DNA of 64,000 bases from a virus. Lineage: Duplodnaviria; Caudoviricetes. The stretch's first letter is position 1. Every line of letters starts with the position of its first letter. A program made the position numbers and the translations under genes. Location of the stretch: positions 1 through 64,000 of the IMG/VR virus record IMGVR_UViG_2830247124_000001; one strand, written 5' to 3'. The notes under the pieces were generated by a model. That model was not told the DNA's origin, did no database searches, and was given only the letters and a program-made list of their open reading frames with translations. Shown in pieces: positions 48,125 to 58,471 of the stretch.

Positions 48125-48967
48125 ATGTCTCAAAAACGGAAAAGCACCGTCCGGTCGAAGTTCAAGAAGTGGCTGGCTATTCCGAAGGGCAAGAGGGAGG
48201 GGAAGACCGGCATTTCTACCCAAACGGAGTTTGCCGAGAAGATGGGGGTAGCGAAAGCGACCCTGTCCCGGTGGAAGAAGGAACCGGGGTTCATGAACGG
48301 GGTCGAGCATACTCGCCGTCTGCACCTGGACGAGGCCCTGTCCGACGTTTACGAGTCGATGATCCAACGGGCCAAGGAAGGAGACCCCCAGGCCATGAAG
48401 ATGGTCATGGAGCAGGCCGGTCGTTGGAAAGAAGACATCCAAGAGGATACCGACGTGTCGGAGGATGACCTGGAGGGGTCCTCCAACGAGAAGCTGGCCG
48501 GGATGATGGCGTCTATGCTGTCCGGGGCGGCTGGAGAAGGAGAGTCTGTGTTGCAGGCCCGCATTCTGAAGTCCCTTGGAGACGACGTCCCCAACGACTT
48601 GAAAAGGCAGATCAGAGAAGAAAGCCAGAGCGGGGAGCCGGTTTCCAGCAGTGGGCAAACCGAAGGGGAGGACGACGAAGATGAGGCCGACGACGAGGTG
48701 GAAACCGAGGAGGCTGGCCCCGAATCTGAGGAGGACGGACCTAAAAACGGCCAGTCTGACCAGGATGAGGAAGTTGCAGATCAGAACGAGGAAGTTGAAG
48801 AAGAGGGCGAAGAGTTCGAGCTAGAGAACCACCTGATGGAGGGCATGGACGAGGGTGGTAGCGACACGTTTGACCCCACCGAGGAAGTTGGAGGTCAGGA
48901 GAAAGAAGAGGATGACCTCGAAGACCTGGACACGACCGAAGACTTTGAAATCCCACTCGACTGGTAA
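48125..48967 (+). CDS. terS: Putative terminase small subunit (HTH plus acidic tail)
   Basis: TQTEFAEKMGVAKATLSRWKKEPGF HTH; immediately upstream of terL. Confidence 0.65.
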   Translation: MSQKRKSTVRSKFKKWLAIPKGKREGKTGISTQTEFAEKMGVAKATLSRWKKEPGFMNGVEHTRRLHLDEALSDVYESMIQRAKEGDPQAMKMVMEQAGRWKEDIQEDTDVSEDDLEGSSNEKLAGMMASMLSGAAGEGESVLQARILKSLGDDVPNDLKRQIREESQSGEPVSSSGQTEGEDDEDEADDEVETEEAGPESEEDGPKNGQSDQDEEVADQNEEVEEEGEEFELENHLMEGMDEGGSDTFDPTEEVGGQEKEEDDLEDLDTTEDFEIPLDW

Positions 48968-49019
48968 CCACCCACCGACCCAATCACCGGCACTTGCCGG
49001 GGCTCCCGAGCCATGGTAA

Positions 49020-51902
49020 ATGTCAAAGCTCACCGGCTCTAAGTACCAACCCGACACCAAGAAGCTGAAGAAGCTCCAGCGGGAGCTTGCTCGGCGGAAG
49101 AAGATGGTGTACTACCGGAAAAACCCCGGTCGGTGGCTCATCGACAAGCTGGGGTTCAGTCCCGAGTCCCTGAAGTGGAGCCTCTACGACGAGTACGAGG
49201 GCCACAACTGGGACGACAAGGACCCAAATCTGATAACCCCCAACCCCCTCCTTCGTGCGCTCAACGCTCTTGCGAAGGGTAAGGACGTGGGGATCGAAGC
49301 AGCTACTGGAACTGGAAAAGCTCAAAGCATGGACACACCAATACTGACACCATCCGGTTGGACTAAAATGAGAGAGATCGAGGTGGGAGATCCTGTGGTC
49401 GGATCCGACGGAACGGCGACAGAGGTCACCGGGGTGTATCCACAAGGCGTAAGAGACCAGTATCGTGTCGAGTTTGATGACGGTTCGTCCACAACCTGTG
49501 ACCCGGAGCATCTGTGGACGGTTCAGTCAGTGGACGACAGAACCCGTGGAAAGCACAGGGTGAAGACAGCCGCACAACTGAAGCATGAACTGGAGACTGG
49601 TAAAGATGGCCGGGGGTGGTGGATACCCATGGTCGATCCGGTTGAGCATCCTGAGAAAGACTTGCCCCTAGATCCATACGTGTTGGGAGTTCTTCTCGGA
49701 GATGGAGGACTAACTTCGGGATCGCCTATTCTAAGCACAGATGACCAATATATCGTAGATGAAGTGAACTCAAGAATACCGTCAGAGATCACAGTCAAAC
49801 ACAGATCCAATTACGATTATGGAATAGTTAGGAAGGGGGGTCGTGATAATGGTGGTATCACAAACCCGGTCACGAAAGCCTTAAGAGAACTTTCGTTGAT
49901 GGGACTAAAGAGTGGCGAGAAGTTTATTCCAGAGACCTACCTAACTGCTTCTATAAGTCAGAGGGTTGCTTTACTAAACGGGTTGATGGACACAGACGCT
50001 TGGTGTCAGCAAGACGGAACTTCCTTCATCTACAGTACAGTCTCCGAAGATTTGGTTGATGGCGTTCGCAAATTGACGCAATCCCTGGGCGGTACGGTAG
50101 GTGTTTCAAATAGAGAAGGTGGTGAGAACGCTCAGAAGTCTTATCGTGTGAGCGTTAGATTGCCAAACCATATCAATCCCTTCCTTCTGCCTCGGAAGGC
50201 GGACATGGTCAAAGACCGGAGCTATGGCAAGCCGAAAAGAAAAATAGTTTCAATCGAGCATGTGGGTCGAGCAGAAGCCCAGTGCATTAGAGTCTCTGCT
50301 GAAGACTCGTTGTACGTGACAGAAGACTACATTGTGACTCACAATACGTTCATGAGCGCGGCCATCGCCTTGTGGTTCGTGGACTGCTGGCCTAAGATAA
50401 CAGACGGGGACAGCGGAGAGGTATTGGACCCAGGGGGGTTGGTTACCACGGTGGCTACGAAGCAGGACCAACTCAGGGAGGTCCTCTGGAAGGAGATCGG
50501 AAACTTCCGCCCGCAGTTCGACCAGATCCACCCCCAGGCCGAATGGCTGGACCTGAAGATACGGATGTCCCCAGACGCGGAGGCAGGGTCGAAAGAGGGG
50601 TGGGGCATTTCGGGGCTCACCGCATCGGTGGGTTCCAACGAGAAGGTCTCGACCAAATTCAGTGGGATACACGGGCCCCACATGCTGTTCATCATGGACG
50701 AGGCTACCGGCATCTCCCCCGCGATTCTGGAGGCGATTGAAAACACCTGCACCGGTAACCACAACCTCCGGTTGGCCCTGGGTAACCCCCGGTCTCAAAA
50801 CGACCCCCTCCACCAGTTTTGCTTGCAGGACGACGTGGAGCACATCCGGGTCTCTGCGCTGGACCACCCCAACGTCGTGCTCGGGGAAGAGGTCATCCCA
50901 GGAGCCGTCACGCGGCGCTCTATCCGGCGCAGGATGAAGAAGTACAAGGACCCGAACCACCGCATTATCCTCTCCAGGGTCCACGGAGTAAGCCCCAGCA
51001 CGTCGGGAATGACCCTGTTCCCGGACGACGCGATTCACAACACAAAACCCCACGCCCACAAGGGCCCAATCAAGCACCTCCGGGTGCGGCCACCTGGGGA
51101 GGGAGACCTCCGGATCTACCGCAAACCCAAGCACGACAAGCTCGACAGGTACGTCATCTTTGCGGACGTCGCCGGTGACCGGTCGAAGACGGGGGACTAC
51201 CACGCCGCTGTTGTTCTGGACCGGGAGACCAGAGAGATCGCGGCGGTCCTGCACATGCGCGGGCCCCGCACAAATTACATTGGAGAGCTTATGAAGCTGG
51301 CAGACGTCTACACGATCAAGTACGGCAAAACCGGAAACCGGGTGTACGACGAGGAGAGCAACCGTTTCGTCCCGGAGAAGAAAGACTTCATGCCCCTTCT
51401 AGCGTATGAGCGCAGCGGGGTCGGGGGGCTTCACATGGACACCCGCATCGAAGAGTACGAGAACGTCTACCACCAGAGAAAGACTGACACGCAGGAGGAT
51501 GCCAACGAGCGAAGCACGATTGGGTGGGACACCAACCGGCAGACGCGCCCGGACATGATCGACGCGCTGGAGGAGTGGGGTCTTGAGCTTATCGACAACC
51601 CCGACCGGCTCACCGACAAGACCCTCTGGAATGAGGCCCGGACTTTCACCTTCGACGAGAACGACGGGAAGAAAGGAAAATGGAAAGCCGAGCAGGGGTG
51701 TCACGATGACGTCATCATGGCCACAGCCGGTGCCCTGGTGGTGGACAGCATCACCAGAGGACACATGGCCGACACCTCAACCTTCGAAGACACCACCAGC
51801 GAAGAGAAGAGCCCAGTTGCCCAGCGTTTCGAGCGGCAGGCCGAGCAGAACGACGGGGGTTGGAACACCGACCTTCCCTCCATTGGCGGGGACCTTCCAT
51901 AA
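49020..51902 (+). CDS. terL: Terminase large subunit with intein
   Basis: AATGTGK|T Walker A, FIMDEA Walker B, ALGNP, IFADVAG, HDDVIMA nuclease motifs. Confidence 0.93.
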   Translation: MSKLTGSKYQPDTKKLKKLQRELARRKKMVYYRKNPGRWLIDKLGFSPESLKWSLYDEYEGHNWDDKDPNLITPNPLLRALNALAKGKDVGIEAATGTGKAQSMDTPILTPSGWTKMREIEVGDPVVGSDGTATEVTGVYPQGVRDQYRVEFDDGSSTTCDPEHLWTVQSVDDRTRGKHRVKTAAQLKHELETGKDGRGWWIPMVDPVEHPEKDLPLDPYVLGVLLGDGGLTSGSPILSTDDQYIVDEVNSRIPSEITVKHRSNYDYGIVRKGGRDNGGITNPVTKALRELSLMGLKSGEKFIPETYLTASISQRVALLNGLMDTDAWCQQDGTSFIYSTVSEDLVDGVRKLTQSLGGTVGVSNREGGENAQKSYRVSVRLPNHINPFLLPRKADMVKDRSYGKPKRKIVSIEHVGRAEAQCIRVSAEDSLYVTEDYIVTHNTFMSAAIALWFVDCWPKITDGDSGEVLDPGGLVTTVATKQDQLREVLWKEIGNFRPQFDQIHPQAEWLDLKIRMSPDAEAGSKEGWGISGLTASVGSNEKVSTKFSGIHGPHMLFIMDEATGISPAILEAIENTCTGNHNLRLALGNPRSQNDPLHQFCLQDDVEHIRVSALDHPNVVLGEEVIPGAVTRRSIRRRMKKYKDPNHRIILSRVHGVSPSTSGMTLFPDDAIHNTKPHAHKGPIKHLRVRPPGEGDLRIYRKPKHDKLDRYVIFADVAGDRSKTGDYHAAVVLDRETREIAAVLHMRGPRTNYIGELMKLADVYTIKYGKTGNRVYDEESNRFVPEKKDFMPLLAYERSGVGGLHMDTRIEEYENVYHQRKTDTQEDANERSTIGWDTNRQTRPDMIDALEEWGLELIDNPDRLTDKTLWNEARTFTFDENDGKKGKWKAEQGCHDDVIMATAGALVVDSITRGHMADTSTFEDTTSEEKSPVAQRFERQAEQNDGGWNTDLPSIGGDLP
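49320..50345 (+). mobile_element. Class 3-like intein (Ala1, WCT triplet) with LAGLIDADG endonuclease (342 aa)
   Basis: Starts AQSMDTPIL, DPEHLWTV, LGVLLGDG and LNGLMDTDA, AQCIRV, IVTHN|T. Confidence 0.9.
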
Positions 51903-51968
51903 CGCTCTTGCTGAACTCAAATAATTATTTGATTCTGCCTCGCTTGCGGGGCTTATTTCACGTTCTAT

Positions 51969-54152
51969 ATGCCTTACGACGCACAAGATTATGCCCTTCT
52001 GGACACGTTTCCGAGCCAGATCGAATCGGATGCGGATCTGGTCCAGAACCGCATGAAGGCTCTAACACAAGACCTTCAGTGGAGAGAAGAGCACACCGAC
52101 ATGGACCGGTGTGCGGAGCTATACCACGGAAACGATGATGGTGAAGAGCAGGACGGCATTCCCCGCGTGAACAAGATCCAATCAGCGGTTGATGAGCACG
52201 TCAGCGTGGCCCTCCAGAACGTGCCGAAGGTCGAGATGAAGGCCGTAAGGGAGACGGCGCGGTTCGAGAACCCCCTGAAGCAAGCGGTCATCAAGCGGGC
52301 GGTTGAGGATTCGGAGCAGACGATCAACGCGATGATGCGGGAAATCTTTCGCAGCAACGGGTTCCGCGACGAATACGAGAAGGCCCTGCGGCAGGCAGGA
52401 ATCTACGGGGTGGGGTACCTAGTCACCGACCTCGACCAGACAATGGACGTCCGCGAGGACTCTCGTCTCCGGAAGCTGATGAAAAAGCCGATGGACCAGT
52501 GGACAAAGCGGGACGCGGAGCTTTACCGGGTACTGTCCCAGCGGGTGAGCATCTACCAAGCAGACGCCCGTGACGTCGTGTTTGAGCACGGCCACCGGTC
52601 CTACGGCGATGGGGACATCCTGCGGGCCTCTGTCATAGAGCGTGCCTCTACCCATGCCCTACGCACGAAGTACCAGAACCAAGACATCAAACCCGGCACC
52701 TTTCCCTACTACGTCGAAGAGGACCCGAGTGCAGATGGTGACATTACCGCCATTGTCACTACCTGGGAACTGGAGCCTGTCTTTGTCGAGAAGACCATCG
52801 AGCGCGGCGGGGAGGAGATCACCACGGAGTTTACGACCTGGAAGATGGTCAAGACGCGGATCGCCGGTGGACAGCTTGTAGAGAAGGACGTGTCGGATCC
52901 GTTCGAGTCGCGGGCCCGCCTTCCGGTCGTGCCGGTCTACCTGCGCGAAAGCGAGGACCATCCCTACGGCGACGCGCTCCCGCTTCGAAAAGAGCAGAGC
53001 GAGCGGTTCATTAACCTCATGAGAGTCATCATGTACAAGAGCGCCAAGAACAGCGTCTCCAACCAGGGGGCCCTGGTGGACACCACCAAGCTCTCCCCCG
53101 ACGACCGGCAGCGGGTGGAGCGCGTGTTCGATCAAGGCGGGGCGGCGGCCCTGGATAACATCCCCCAGAACTCCAGTCTGGAGGACATTGTCATGCCGCT
53201 GAAGATGAACTCCAGCCTGTCGAGCGCACCGGTCGAGGCGATGCAGAACGAGGAGCGCAGCTTTCAGGAAGACACCAATACTCTGGACATGCAGGCCCTC
53301 AACCGGTCGGAGTCCGGTGCAGCGAAGCGGGCCCAGGTCCAGGCGTCGGACCGCACCAAGAGCGTAGCGAACCACAACATCAAGGTCTCCAAGAAGCGGG
53401 TCTACGACAACGTCTACGAGCTTGTCCAACTGACCTATGGAGACGAGGAGCTTCCGGCCATGGTCCGGTCCCCGGACGGCGGGCGCAACCAGACCAGTCT
53501 CAACCAAGAGGCAGAGGCCGAGGTCCCGAAGGTGTCCTCCGACGGAAAAACCCTTGCCTCCCCCGAGCGGATGAGCAAAAAGAACCCCCTGGGTATCATC
53601 AAGGAGAGCTTCAAGTTCAAGATCAACGACGCAACCCTTCCGATGGCCGCTGAGACGAAGGCCGGTGGTGACCTCCCCGGCGACCCGGTCAACCGGTTCA
53701 ACCTGCTTCTGATGTACCTCCAGAGTGGGCTCATCACCAAGGAGTACATGCGGGAGCTTCAGTTATCGGACGAACTGAAGATTGGGGACGATGCCTACCG
53801 TACCCAGGCGAAGCAGCGCCAGAAGGCCCTACAGCGAAAAAAGAAGCAGCAGATGGCCGCCCAGCAAGCCGCCGCCTCTGGCAACCAGGAGGCCGCCGGT
53901 CGGATTGCCAGCCAGCAGATACCGGGAGAAGGGCAGCCCGGAGACCCGGCCACAGAAGGCCGTCAGCAAGGCCCTACTCCCCAACCGCAAGGACAGAACG
54001 TACCGGGGTCCGTAGGTGGTGAAGGGGACGGCGACGGCGGTGACCGGGCAGGAGAAGGTCTTCTTGCCCTGCAAAGCATGGAGGGAGCAAACGGACCGGG
54101 CGCTGAATCTGGCGGACCGACTCCGCAAGAACAGGCCCGCGACCAGCGATAA
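51969..54152 (+). CDS. Portal protein (podovirus/P22-like)
   Basis: 727 aa directly after terL; PRVNKIQ..V, A.IYGVGY, LPVVPVY; Gln-rich tail. Confidence 0.8.
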   Translation: MPYDAQDYALLDTFPSQIESDADLVQNRMKALTQDLQWREEHTDMDRCAELYHGNDDGEEQDGIPRVNKIQSAVDEHVSVALQNVPKVEMKAVRETARFENPLKQAVIKRAVEDSEQTINAMMREIFRSNGFRDEYEKALRQAGIYGVGYLVTDLDQTMDVREDSRLRKLMKKPMDQWTKRDAELYRVLSQRVSIYQADARDVVFEHGHRSYGDGDILRASVIERASTHALRTKYQNQDIKPGTFPYYVEEDPSADGDITAIVTTWELEPVFVEKTIERGGEEITTEFTTWKMVKTRIAGGQLVEKDVSDPFESRARLPVVPVYLRESEDHPYGDALPLRKEQSERFINLMRVIMYKSAKNSVSNQGALVDTTKLSPDDRQRVERVFDQGGAAALDNIPQNSSLEDIVMPLKMNSSLSSAPVEAMQNEERSFQEDTNTLDMQALNRSESGAAKRAQVQASDRTKSVANHNIKVSKKRVYDNVYELVQLTYGDEELPAMVRSPDGGRNQTSLNQEAEAEVPKVSSDGKTLASPERMSKKNPLGIIKESFKFKINDATLPMAAETKAGGDLPGDPVNRFNLLLMYLQSGLITKEYMRELQLSDELKIGDDAYRTQAKQRQKALQRKKKQQMAAQQAAASGNQEAAGRIASQQIPGEGQPGDPATEGRQQGPTPQPQGQNVPGSVGGEGDGDGGDRAGEGLLALQSMEGANGPGAESGGPTPQEQARDQR

Positions 54153-54237
54153 TTGAATTCTCGAAACACTTTATGTAGTCATTGGTTTAACGTATTGTAT
54201 GACCCGTCAATAAGACGGGTTCAATTTCACATACACG

Positions 54238-55470
54238 ATGCCTAACACTACCAACCCCGAGACCCAGCAGCAGACTGAACCCTCCCCTTCCGAACCTACC
54301 AGCGGCTCCACCAGTGGCGGGGCTTCCCAGCTTTTCGACGAGCCGGAAGAGATTGGAGAGGAGCAGTCCGATTCTGCAATTACGGATCCGGAAGCGGATT
54401 CGGCTGAAACGACCAGTTCAGAGAACGAAGACCCGCAGTTCACCGAAGACGGTTCCACAGAGCCTGACGGTGAGCCTCGATCTGAGGAGAGCGATTCCTC
54501 CCCAGATCCAGGTGCTGACGCTGAGGATGCCACCACAAGTGAGCAGTCCGACGCCGAGGCCGGAGAAGACGCGGAGGAGTCTGCCGAGTCAGAGGAAGAA
54601 GAGACGACTGACTCTCCCTATTACGAGGGTGAGGAGTCTACCTATCTGACGGAGGACGACGCCCGCGAAGGAATCGAAGAGAAGGACCGCTACATCACCG
54701 ACCTCGAAGACCGTCTGGACGAAACCGAGTCCCAGGCAGAGGAAAAGGTGCAGAACCTCCAGAGCGAACTGGAAAGCACCCAACAGGAGTTGGAGCGGAT
54801 TCGCAGCGCGGTCGATGAAGAGACCCGCGAAAACTTCGCCATTCAAGACTACCTTCCAGAGCGCTTCCAGGGCAAAACGGAAGCGGACTTTGCCGACAAT
54901 AGCGAGTTGGCCGAGTTCAAGGAAGCGAAGCTCGACGCAAAGGCTGAGATGAAGCACGAGCGGAAGCAAGAGGAGCGCCGCAAAGAGCAGATGCAGGAAG
55001 ACATTGCAGAGGCTCACCGCGAGGCTCAAGAGTTTGTCGAGGAGCAGGTTGACGCTGAATCCTTCGGTGCCACAAGCCCGGAGAGGCAGGCCAAGCTGCG
55101 CAGCTTCCTGGAAGACACTCCCGAAAACGCGGAGTACAGCAACGTCGAGAAGGCCCAGTTTATCGTGGCTGCCTTCGGCGAAGAGGATGGCGAACGATTT
55201 CTTTCTGGCCTACAGGCCGAGTTCGGCGGATCGTCTGCACGGAGCACTTCCACGACCAACGGTGCCAGCCAAGACTCCTCCACCCAGAACCCGGAGGATG
55301 AGAAGGCAACCGAGGACGAGGAGGTCGCCGAGCAGATTAAGAAGTCCCAGACGTCTCCTGGTGCCCCGGAAACCAAGCCGCGCACCGATTCAAACGAGAT
55401 GTCCCGCCGAGAGGAGATGGACCACGCCTTCCGCAAGAGCGCCAAAGAACAGGGGCTCTTCCAGCGGTAA
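54238..55470 (+). CDS. Capsid scaffolding protein
   Basis: Very acidic coiled-coil protein between portal and capsid. Confidence 0.7.
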   Translation: MPNTTNPETQQQTEPSPSEPTSGSTSGGASQLFDEPEEIGEEQSDSAITDPEADSAETTSSENEDPQFTEDGSTEPDGEPRSEESDSSPDPGADAEDATTSEQSDAEAGEDAEESAESEEEETTDSPYYEGEESTYLTEDDAREGIEEKDRYITDLEDRLDETESQAEEKVQNLQSELESTQQELERIRSAVDEETRENFAIQDYLPERFQGKTEADFADNSELAEFKEAKLDAKAEMKHERKQEERRKEQMQEDIAEAHREAQEFVEEQVDAESFGATSPERQAKLRSFLEDTPENAEYSNVEKAQFIVAAFGEEDGERFLSGLQAEFGGSSARSTSTTNGASQDSSTQNPEDEKATEDEEVAEQIKKSQTSPGAPETKPRTDSNEMSRREEMDHAFRKSAKEQGLFQR

Positions 55471-55640
55471 GGCACCCCAACAACGCGCCCCGACCAGCCA
55501 CCGAGGCTGGCGGGACACTTTCATTCTTTTAGGGCCTGAAAAGCTCTACTGCGCGGCGTTGGACAATTGCTCTGGAGGCTATGCCTCCACTACTTGCAGC
55601 CTTCTGACGGCTGTCAGGTAGGCATTCTACTTAGTCAGCT

Positions 55641-56837
55641 ATGGCACAGCTTAGTGCAGGAACGCTTGAAGAGCAGGCCGACCTGCTTACGAACCCGTCA
55701 CTTCAGCGGTCGATGATCCGGACGATCAAGGATCGTGGAGCGCGTGAACTGATGGCGCAACTTCCATTTAAGTCGTTCGTCGGTAAGTCGTACGACTTCA
55801 CTATTGAAGACGAGATTGGCACGGGCAACAGTGCTCAGGATCCTTATGGTGACACGATTCCGAGCGGTGGTGGGAAGAACCAGCGCGTGTCGGTCGGCGT
55901 CACGATGATGATCCGCAACGCGGTCACCCCCAAGATCGACGTGGTCGGGAAGAGTGACTTCTTCCAGCAGCGTGAGGACGACTTCGAGAAGGAAGCTAAG
56001 AAGCTCGGGCGCGACTTCTTCCAGCAGTTCCTCAATGGGCTCCAGGACGACACTGGCACCCACGAGTCGTACAACCTCAAGGGTCTGGAGTATTGGTTCA
56101 AGAAGCACGACGTGAACTCCCAGACGTTCTACGCGACCGATGACGCTACGCTCACCGGCAACGCGGAGAACCTGTCCTACACCCACATCGACGAGCTTCT
56201 CAGCCGTCAGAAGGGTGAGCCCTTCCAGGTCATGTACATGAACCGTGAGACCAGCATTGCCTTCCGTGGTCTCCTCAACAACATGCCGGGAAATGTCGCG
56301 GGCATGATGATGGAGGATACCTTCGGTCGCCAGATGTTGCATTACGACGGGACGCCCATCGTCGTCAATGATTCGGTTGCCATGGACAAGCCCTTCGCTG
56401 AGGCTACGGTCAGCGGGACCACGGTTACGGTCACGGACCCCGGCTTCCTTGGGTTCAGTGAGCTTGTTGTCGGCGAAAGCATCACGGTCGGCGGAAGCTC
56501 CACGACCGTCGCTTCGGTGACGGACACCCACACGGTGGAAGTCAGCGACGGTACTGCTCTTTCTGACGGTTCCGGCCAGTCCGGTGTCGTCGAGCAGCAG
56601 AACGTCATCTATGCGGGACGCATGGACCCGACCGATGGAATCGCTGCGGTGTACCACGAGAACCGTGGGGTTCCGGCAGATGCGGGCGAGCACTACGGCG
56701 CAATCGCCGGTTTCGATGCTCAGGACCAGGGCCTTCTGGAGTCGGCTCCGCGCTACCAGTCGCGGCTTGACTTCTACGGCCAGACGGTCGTCCACGACCC
56801 GGAGGCGCAGGCTCGCGTTCTCGGCTTCTCCATTTAA
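55641..56837 (+). CDS. Major capsid protein (HK97 fold) with Thr/Val-rich insertion
   Basis: Position after scaffold; LMAQLPFKSFVG.SY, LKGL, FGRQ..YDGTPI, RLDFY..ARV.G. Confidence 0.85.
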   Translation: MAQLSAGTLEEQADLLTNPSLQRSMIRTIKDRGARELMAQLPFKSFVGKSYDFTIEDEIGTGNSAQDPYGDTIPSGGGKNQRVSVGVTMMIRNAVTPKIDVVGKSDFFQQREDDFEKEAKKLGRDFFQQFLNGLQDDTGTHESYNLKGLEYWFKKHDVNSQTFYATDDATLTGNAENLSYTHIDELLSRQKGEPFQVMYMNRETSIAFRGLLNNMPGNVAGMMMEDTFGRQMLHYDGTPIVVNDSVAMDKPFAEATVSGTTVTVTDPGFLGFSELVVGESITVGGSSTTVASVTDTHTVEVSDGTALSDGSGQSGVVEQQNVIYAGRMDPTDGIAAVYHENRGVPADAGEHYGAIAGFDAQDQGLLESAPRYQSRLDFYGQTVVHDPEAQARVLGFSI

Positions 56838-56902
56838 TTCTAGCATCGCGTTCTTTGAAGACTGAGCCGAAGAGCGCGGTGGTAGGGAAATCTTGGCCAC
56901 TG

Positions 56903-56954
56903 TGGCCCCACCTACAGTTGAAACCTGGGGTGGGGCCATTAGGGCCATTTTTTT
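56903..56954 (+). terminator. Putative terminator after the capsid gene
   Basis: TGGCCCCACC..GGTGGGGCCA stem followed shortly by a T run. Confidence 0.5.
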
Positions 56955-57003
56955 CACCGGCGCATTTTTGCGCCATAGACACCCCTAACCAGGGAATCAC
57001 ACA

Positions 57004-57684
57004 ATGGCTCAACGACAAGTAAGCATTCCCGGCGAATCGACGTCGAATATGTACTTCGTGTACACCCGTCGGCGCGACTCCGAGGGACGACTGATTGAAG
57101 GCCAGTGGATGGGAATCCGTGGCTGGCGACAGGGCCTCAAGGGGCCCCTTACAAAAAGCGAAGCACAGAACATCCAGGCGCAGATCGGCGCGGAGATTAT
57201 CCCAGTCGAGGTTGAAGACTTTGATGGGCTAATCCTGAAGGCATTTGAGAAGGTCGGAATCGACCCGCCCGAAGACCTGATCGAGGAGTTTGCCTCGGAG
57301 GAATCCGGCAGTGAGGCGGCTGACACTGTAAGCGAAGAGACCCGCCAGAAGGAAGAGGAGATCCGAGAGCTTCTGGATGAGCACGATGAAGAGGAGGCGA
57401 CCCAGGCTCTTGAACATGCGATAGAGCTTCTTTCTGAGGAGCCCACGGAGGCGTCTAAGGTCGGCTCTCCCGAGCAGGAGGAATCCCTCGAAGACACGAT
57501 CCAACCGGAGAAGGCCGCCGCTGAAGACAGAGAGGAGGACGGTCCTGGACCGGAGTGGCCCGGTTACAACGAGGCCATCGAGATCATGAATGACCACGGC
57601 TTCGACTGGATGGAAGCTGGTGGCGGGCGAAAGACCGCCAACGTCAAGGACGCCTGGGAAGAGTTTGGTTCTCAGTTCAAGTAA
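57004..57684 (+). CDS. Hypothetical virion-module protein
   Basis: Acidic ORF after the capsid gene. Confidence 0.65.
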   Translation: MAQRQVSIPGESTSNMYFVYTRRRDSEGRLIEGQWMGIRGWRQGLKGPLTKSEAQNIQAQIGAEIIPVEVEDFDGLILKAFEKVGIDPPEDLIEEFASEESGSEAADTVSEETRQKEEEIRELLDEHDEEEATQALEHAIELLSEEPTEASKVGSPEQEESLEDTIQPEKAAAEDREEDGPGPEWPGYNEAIEIMNDHGFDWMEAGGGRKTANVKDAWEEFGSQFK

Positions 57685-57725
57685 CCCTCCTCCCCGCCAT
57701 TTGGCGGGCTCAATAGCCAATACAG

Positions 57726-58415
57726 ATGCAAGCCTCAGTTAGCGATCTCGTCGAACAGGTGCGGCACGAGCTTGACGAGGTGACCCTTTCTGGAGAGATG
57801 GTCCTGACGGACTCTTCTCTTGAGGACCGGGCATCGTCGAACTTCAGCAACGCCTCGATCAAGGACCGTCTGATGGATGCCACCCGGCACATCGCCGCTC
57901 GCGTCCGGGCGACGTACCTGAAGCCTTTCGTAATCACGGTTACCCCCGCCGACTTCGACCCTCCGTACGACACGACCACGCCGAAAATTTTGCGACTGGT
58001 CGGGACCCAGGTTACCGCCGAGGATTCCGGAGCCAGCAAGATTGATGCAACCCGTCGCACAATGGCCGCCCATCTCAAGCTCGAAAACGGGCGTGGACTA
58101 AACGCGAGGGAAGACTACCCGGTCTTTGTTTTCGAGGACTTCGAGCTTCTCGTTCAAAACGGGATTGACTCGGTGAAAGAAGCGAAGGCCGTGCGCGTAC
58201 CGGGACAGGAACCGGCGCAGAAGTACAGCGACGTTGTCGCCCTTCCGGACGCCTTCGAGGGAGCGGTCGTGGCCCACGCGGTGTCCAGTTGCTTCGAGAC
58301 GCTTCGGATGGCAGAAAACGCGACTCAGTCCAAGAAGCGCCTCGCCGAAGAGCTTCGTGAATACCGGCTTCCCTTCCGCTCCGCAAACGAACAGCGAGAG
58401 CAAAGCGAAGAGTGA
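57726..58415 (+). CDS. Putative head-tail adaptor/ring protein
   Basis: N-terminal helices VSDLVEQVRHELD..NFSN..IKDRL..A; paralog of the next gene. Confidence 0.65.
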   Translation: MQASVSDLVEQVRHELDEVTLSGEMVLTDSSLEDRASSNFSNASIKDRLMDATRHIAARVRATYLKPFVITVTPADFDPPYDTTTPKILRLVGTQVTAEDSGASKIDATRRTMAAHLKLENGRGLNAREDYPVFVFEDFELLVQNGIDSVKEAKAVRVPGQEPAQKYSDVVALPDAFEGAVVAHAVSSCFETLRMAENATQSKKRLAEELREYRLPFRSANEQREQSEE

Positions 58416-58471
58416 ACCTGCTCTCGGCACTATTCTCTCGGCACTAGGCCGAGTTCTACCTTCAATACCTC

